This document shows positions 60,716-64,000 of a stretch of 64,000 bases of DNA, in pieces. Within the stretch, counting starts at the first letter, position 1. The number at the start of each line of letters is the position of its first letter. The DNA comes from Squalus acanthias (taxonomy: Eukaryota). The DNA lies in NCBI GenBank assembly GCA_030390025.1, contig CM059453.1:6820001-6884000 (forward strand), read 5' to 3'. A program made the position numbers and the translations under genes. The notes under the pieces are model-generated. The model was not told the origin of the DNA and did no database searches. It saw only the letters and a list, made by a program, of their open reading frames with translations.

Positions 60716-62336
60716 TCAATTGCATTTAATTGCTGCGTATTCACAGGACTCCTCATTCTGGAGATATCTCTCCTGCTTTCGAACCTTTCAAACACTGACA
60801 GCTGCATACAGGACCTCTTCACTTTGAGCTGACTCGTTTGATGGAGCCCCTCTCACACCAGTTTTTCCATACTTGTCTTGTCTCTGTAAACGAAAGCAGT
60901 GCGTTAGATGTGGAGATACTGAACCGGGTGAGAGTGTGGTTGCTGTACCAGAATAACCCGCTTTATTCCATCACTGCCACCATTCTAATTTTCCTCTTCA
61001 GCTCCTTCTGCCTCGAAAAGGAAACCGTGGGCTTCCCCTGGCCCCGAGAACCGCCGCGCCGATAGTATTCCCCCCTCCTCAACACTTACCCGACTGCTGG
61101 GGGGCAGTTCCCGCTGTGTCCCCCTGGGCCAGCTTGATTTTAGTTCTCCGCTCCACTCCCACTCTGACCTCTCTGACCTCGGCCTCTTACACTGTTCCAA
61201 TGAAACTCAACGGAAACTCGAGGAACGGCACCTCCTCATCCGATTTGGCATTTATCCGCCTTGCAGGCTCTACATTGAGTTCAACAATTTCCGATCGTCA
61301 CCACTGCCCCATTGTTTCGGACGGTAGTTGTTGGTAATGTTTCTGCCGTTGCCATTTACACCTCCTCTAGACCCAATTTAGATTGCTTTACTTGCCCAAT
61401 ACCATCTCCTTTTGCCTTGCACCATCATCTCTTTTGTCATTTAATATCTCCTGCCTTCCACCCTATCACAGAACTTCCCTTTTGTCCTATCCTCCTTTCC
61501 CTGCATCTGCACTTGCTTAAAATCTGTTACTTCTCGAATCGTTTCCAGTTCTGACGAAAAGTCATCCACCTGAAACGTTAACTCTGTTTCTCTCTCCACA
61601 GACGCTGCCTGAACTGCTGACTATTTCCAGCATTTTCTGTTTTTATTATAGCCAATGATTGCAGTCGGGTTCGGGTGGGAGTCGGGGCTGGATATTGAAT
61701 TAAGACCCCGGATTTAAAATTTGTCCGGTCTTGGTCATGCCAGCCTATTGCTCACCCAGGCCCCTCGCACGGAATGTTGCCGCCTCGCGGTAAAATAGAG
61801 CCATAAAATCCAGGGAGGACAATGTTAATAATCCCAGCAAAAATACCATGCTATTTGACCCTCTCAAAGCCCTCATACTGCGTGATCTTGTTGATTATTT
61901 AAACCACCGGAGGTAATGTGGTGTGAGAGGGGAGAGTAAACATTATTCTGTTTAATACATGTAGTGACACGGTCAATCGGTTTTCTCAGACACACTTTGA
62001 ATTCAATAGAAATCCACTACAGAGAAAATGCATGATGCATTTATCTGGACATGACCAGCGCATCCTTTTCTGTTAGTCGTGTGAGGTGCTCATTGTATCC
62101 CTTATAAACTCCGTCAAACAGGTGTCCAGAACACGTGTTGACCCGTTGAACTGCACGGTTAATGTGTCTCACTCTGGTTACAAACAGTGCCAATATCAGG
62201 CAGGGGTAACTCCATCGGATGCTGGGCCGTTGCCATGCCCACACTTACCTCGGTGTTAAACGGGGTCTACGCCACAAATTTACTCACCGAATCGTTGTTG
62301 GTAAGGGGGACACCAGTGGTAGCTCTTGTCTTCTTC
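60716..62336 (-). pseudogene. Siglec/MAG-like gene D, 3' end (two cytoplasmic exons; remainder presumably beyond the window)
   Basis: Exon 62249-62336 (88 nt): KKTRATTGVPLTNNDSVSKFVA*TPFNTE|gtaagt. Exon 60716-60883: RQDKYGKTGVRGAPSNESAQSEEVLYAAVSV*KVRKQERYLQNEESCEYAAIKCN*. Confidence 0.85.
61130..61650 (+). mobile_element. Penelope-like 3' remnant in the last intron of gene D
   Basis: LGLLHCSNETQRKLEERHLLIRFG motif plus tctgacgaa..tgaaacgttaactctg end. Confidence 0.7.
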
Positions 62337-63510
62337 CTGATTCAAAAAAAATGCAATTAAGTCACATCACATAATTGATTAAAATTATCTCTAATAAATC
62401 CGTTCGGAAATTCAGGTCATTGCATATTTCCAAATGAAGGTTTCTCCCTATCTCAAGGAACTGGTTAATGACGTGGTGCAGTCCGCACTGAGAGGAATGT
62501 TCAGCCTGTACAATGGTTCATCACAATTGTAGAGAGTTTGTTCGCACCTATTCAAATAACGCCACAGGAATTCCGCACACTAAGGTAACACTATTTAAAC
62601 AGCAAATAGAGGAGTTTTGTAAAGTGCGTGCACACCGAGTAAGTATCTGACAGGGGATTGTTGCTGTTTATTAAGACTGTGTTTGAACGGCAGGCATGAG
62701 TTTTACACATTGTCTTAACACCCTATTAAGCAGACAAGTTTTTCATACAATGTGTTCACACTTTGTTAAATAGACACGATTTGCACACATTGGCTTAACA
62801 CGCTTTCTGAAGAGCAGACGGAAGAGTTTAATGCAAAATCCGAACGACATTTGATAATTGCAGACGGGACTGCCATGTAGTTGCGGTAACACGTTAATTC
62901 CTGATATTACACAGCTCAATTCTGGTCCATTGGTGTTGTGAAATGATGGAGAAAGAAATTTCCTTTTTGATTTAGTTTGAAGGCTTGGATTCTGTGTTCT
63001 TGATTCTGTGACTAAAACGAATGATTGTGTATTTAAACTTAGTTAGTTATTGTTTTTTTTCTAATACTCTCATGTTAAATTGTAGATAACAAGCAGCTTC
63101 ACTCAAACAGGAATATTGGAGCTCATGGATATACACTTGCTGCACAGTCTGTGGCTGTTGTCAGGCATGGGCCTGAGGAAAGAGCCGAGCCTTTCTTTTC
63201 AAACACAGACTTCTTCTGTGATTAATTAAAATATCTTTGTATTAGCTGCTTCTTTTGAATTGTCGATTTATTTAAAGTCACTTGCTTCCAGTTACTTTGA
63301 TGATGGCATTTCACAACCTACCTTTTTTCAATTGAGAAATTCTGGCAGAACCCTTGGAAGATGCATAGTGAAACATAACAGCTTCAGAAGAAAGAGTGAC
63401 AGATAAGAATAACACGTTTCTCCAAATTCCGCTGTTTTTCTATTACACCCTAATAACTAACGTAAAAATATACTCTGAGAACTTGCTACCAGCTTTCGGC
63501 TGTTAGCTTG

Positions 63511-63845
63511 TCAGCCGTGTCTCAGTGTACAGCACCCTCGCCACTGAGTCAGAAGGTTGTCTGTTAAAGTCTCACTCCAGGGACTTGAGCACCAAAATCA
63601 TGGCTGACACTCCACTGCAGTACTGAGGGAGCGCTGCACTGTCAGAAGTGCCGTCTTTCGGAAGAGACGTTAAACCGAGGCCCCGTCTGCTCTCTCAGTT
63701 GGGCGTGAAAGATCCCAAGGCACCATTTCGAAGAAGAGCAGGGGCGTTATCCCCGGTGTCCTGGGCCAATATTTATCCCTCAATCAACATCACTAAAGCA
63801 GATTATCTGGTCATTGTCAGATTGCTGTTTGTGGGAGCTTCCTGT
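63511..63845 (+). mobile_element. DeuSINE (SacSINE1-like) with tRNA-derived head and a single 33-bp unit
   Basis: Degenerate A/B boxes followed by the Deu-domain core; 3' truncated by a CR1 piece. Confidence 0.85.
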
Positions 63846-64000
63846 GGTGAACCTGTTGAATTCTCTACCACAGAAGGTAGTTGAGGCCAAGTCATTAAAT
63901 ATATTCAAGAATGAGTTAGATATATTTCTTAACGCTAAAGGGATCAAGGGATATGGGGAGAAGGCAGGTACAGGGTACTGAGTTTGGATGATCAGACATG
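63846..64000 (+). mobile_element. CR1 3' fragment
   Basis: VNLLNSLPQKVVEAKSLNIFKNELDIFL..KGIKGYG. Confidence 0.8.

Larger units (their letters stand above)
40686..61094. repeat. Right arm of large diverged inverted duplication
   Basis: Reverse complement of 3440-28935, apart from arm-specific TE insertions, deletions and VNTR length changes. Confidence 0.93.

Noticed and set aside
60838-61065. Apparently conserved small TM protein MMEPLSHQ... (also 3504-3695)
   Set aside because: Antisense to the tail exon and its intron; the similarity is explained by the inverted duplication and the stops differ.
3440-61094. Inverted repeat as a haplotype or assembly duplication artefact
   Set aside because: Arms differ by roughly 10% or more and by several independent TE insertions, too much for alleles; local mis-joins remain possible.

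Overview
Vertebrate genomic DNA, almost certainly from a cartilaginous fish: the repeats are DeuSINE/SacSINE1-like SINEs, CR1/HER1-like LINEs and Penelope-like remnants. There is one 192-N assembly gap. The window is a cluster of Siglec/MAG-like immunoglobulin-superfamily receptor genes and relics. The full architecture is signal peptide, Siglec-type V-set, three C2-set domains, TM and two cytoplasmic exons with ITIM/ITSM-like tyrosines; the ORF track misses it because it is split into exons. Most of the window is one diverged inverted duplication (arms ~3.44-28.94 kb and ~40.69-61.09 kb). It places two 8-exon genes head-to-head: A (minus, 17127-28257) and B (plus, 41363-50784). Fragments of paralogues C, D and E and an extra tail module lie in and around the arms. 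Neither A nor B is intact as a full 8-exon transcript, but their lesions do not overlap: A is broken only in exons 2-3 and B only in exons 4 and 8. A crossover between the arms would therefore rebuild a 545-aa open receptor. Skipping exon 4 of B would give a 416-aa receptor with the sialic-acid-binding Arg, a TM Arg and a tail truncated before its ITIM/ITSM, which looks like an activating form. Exon coordinates were read by eye from splice sites and reading phase; TE boundaries and identity values are approximate.
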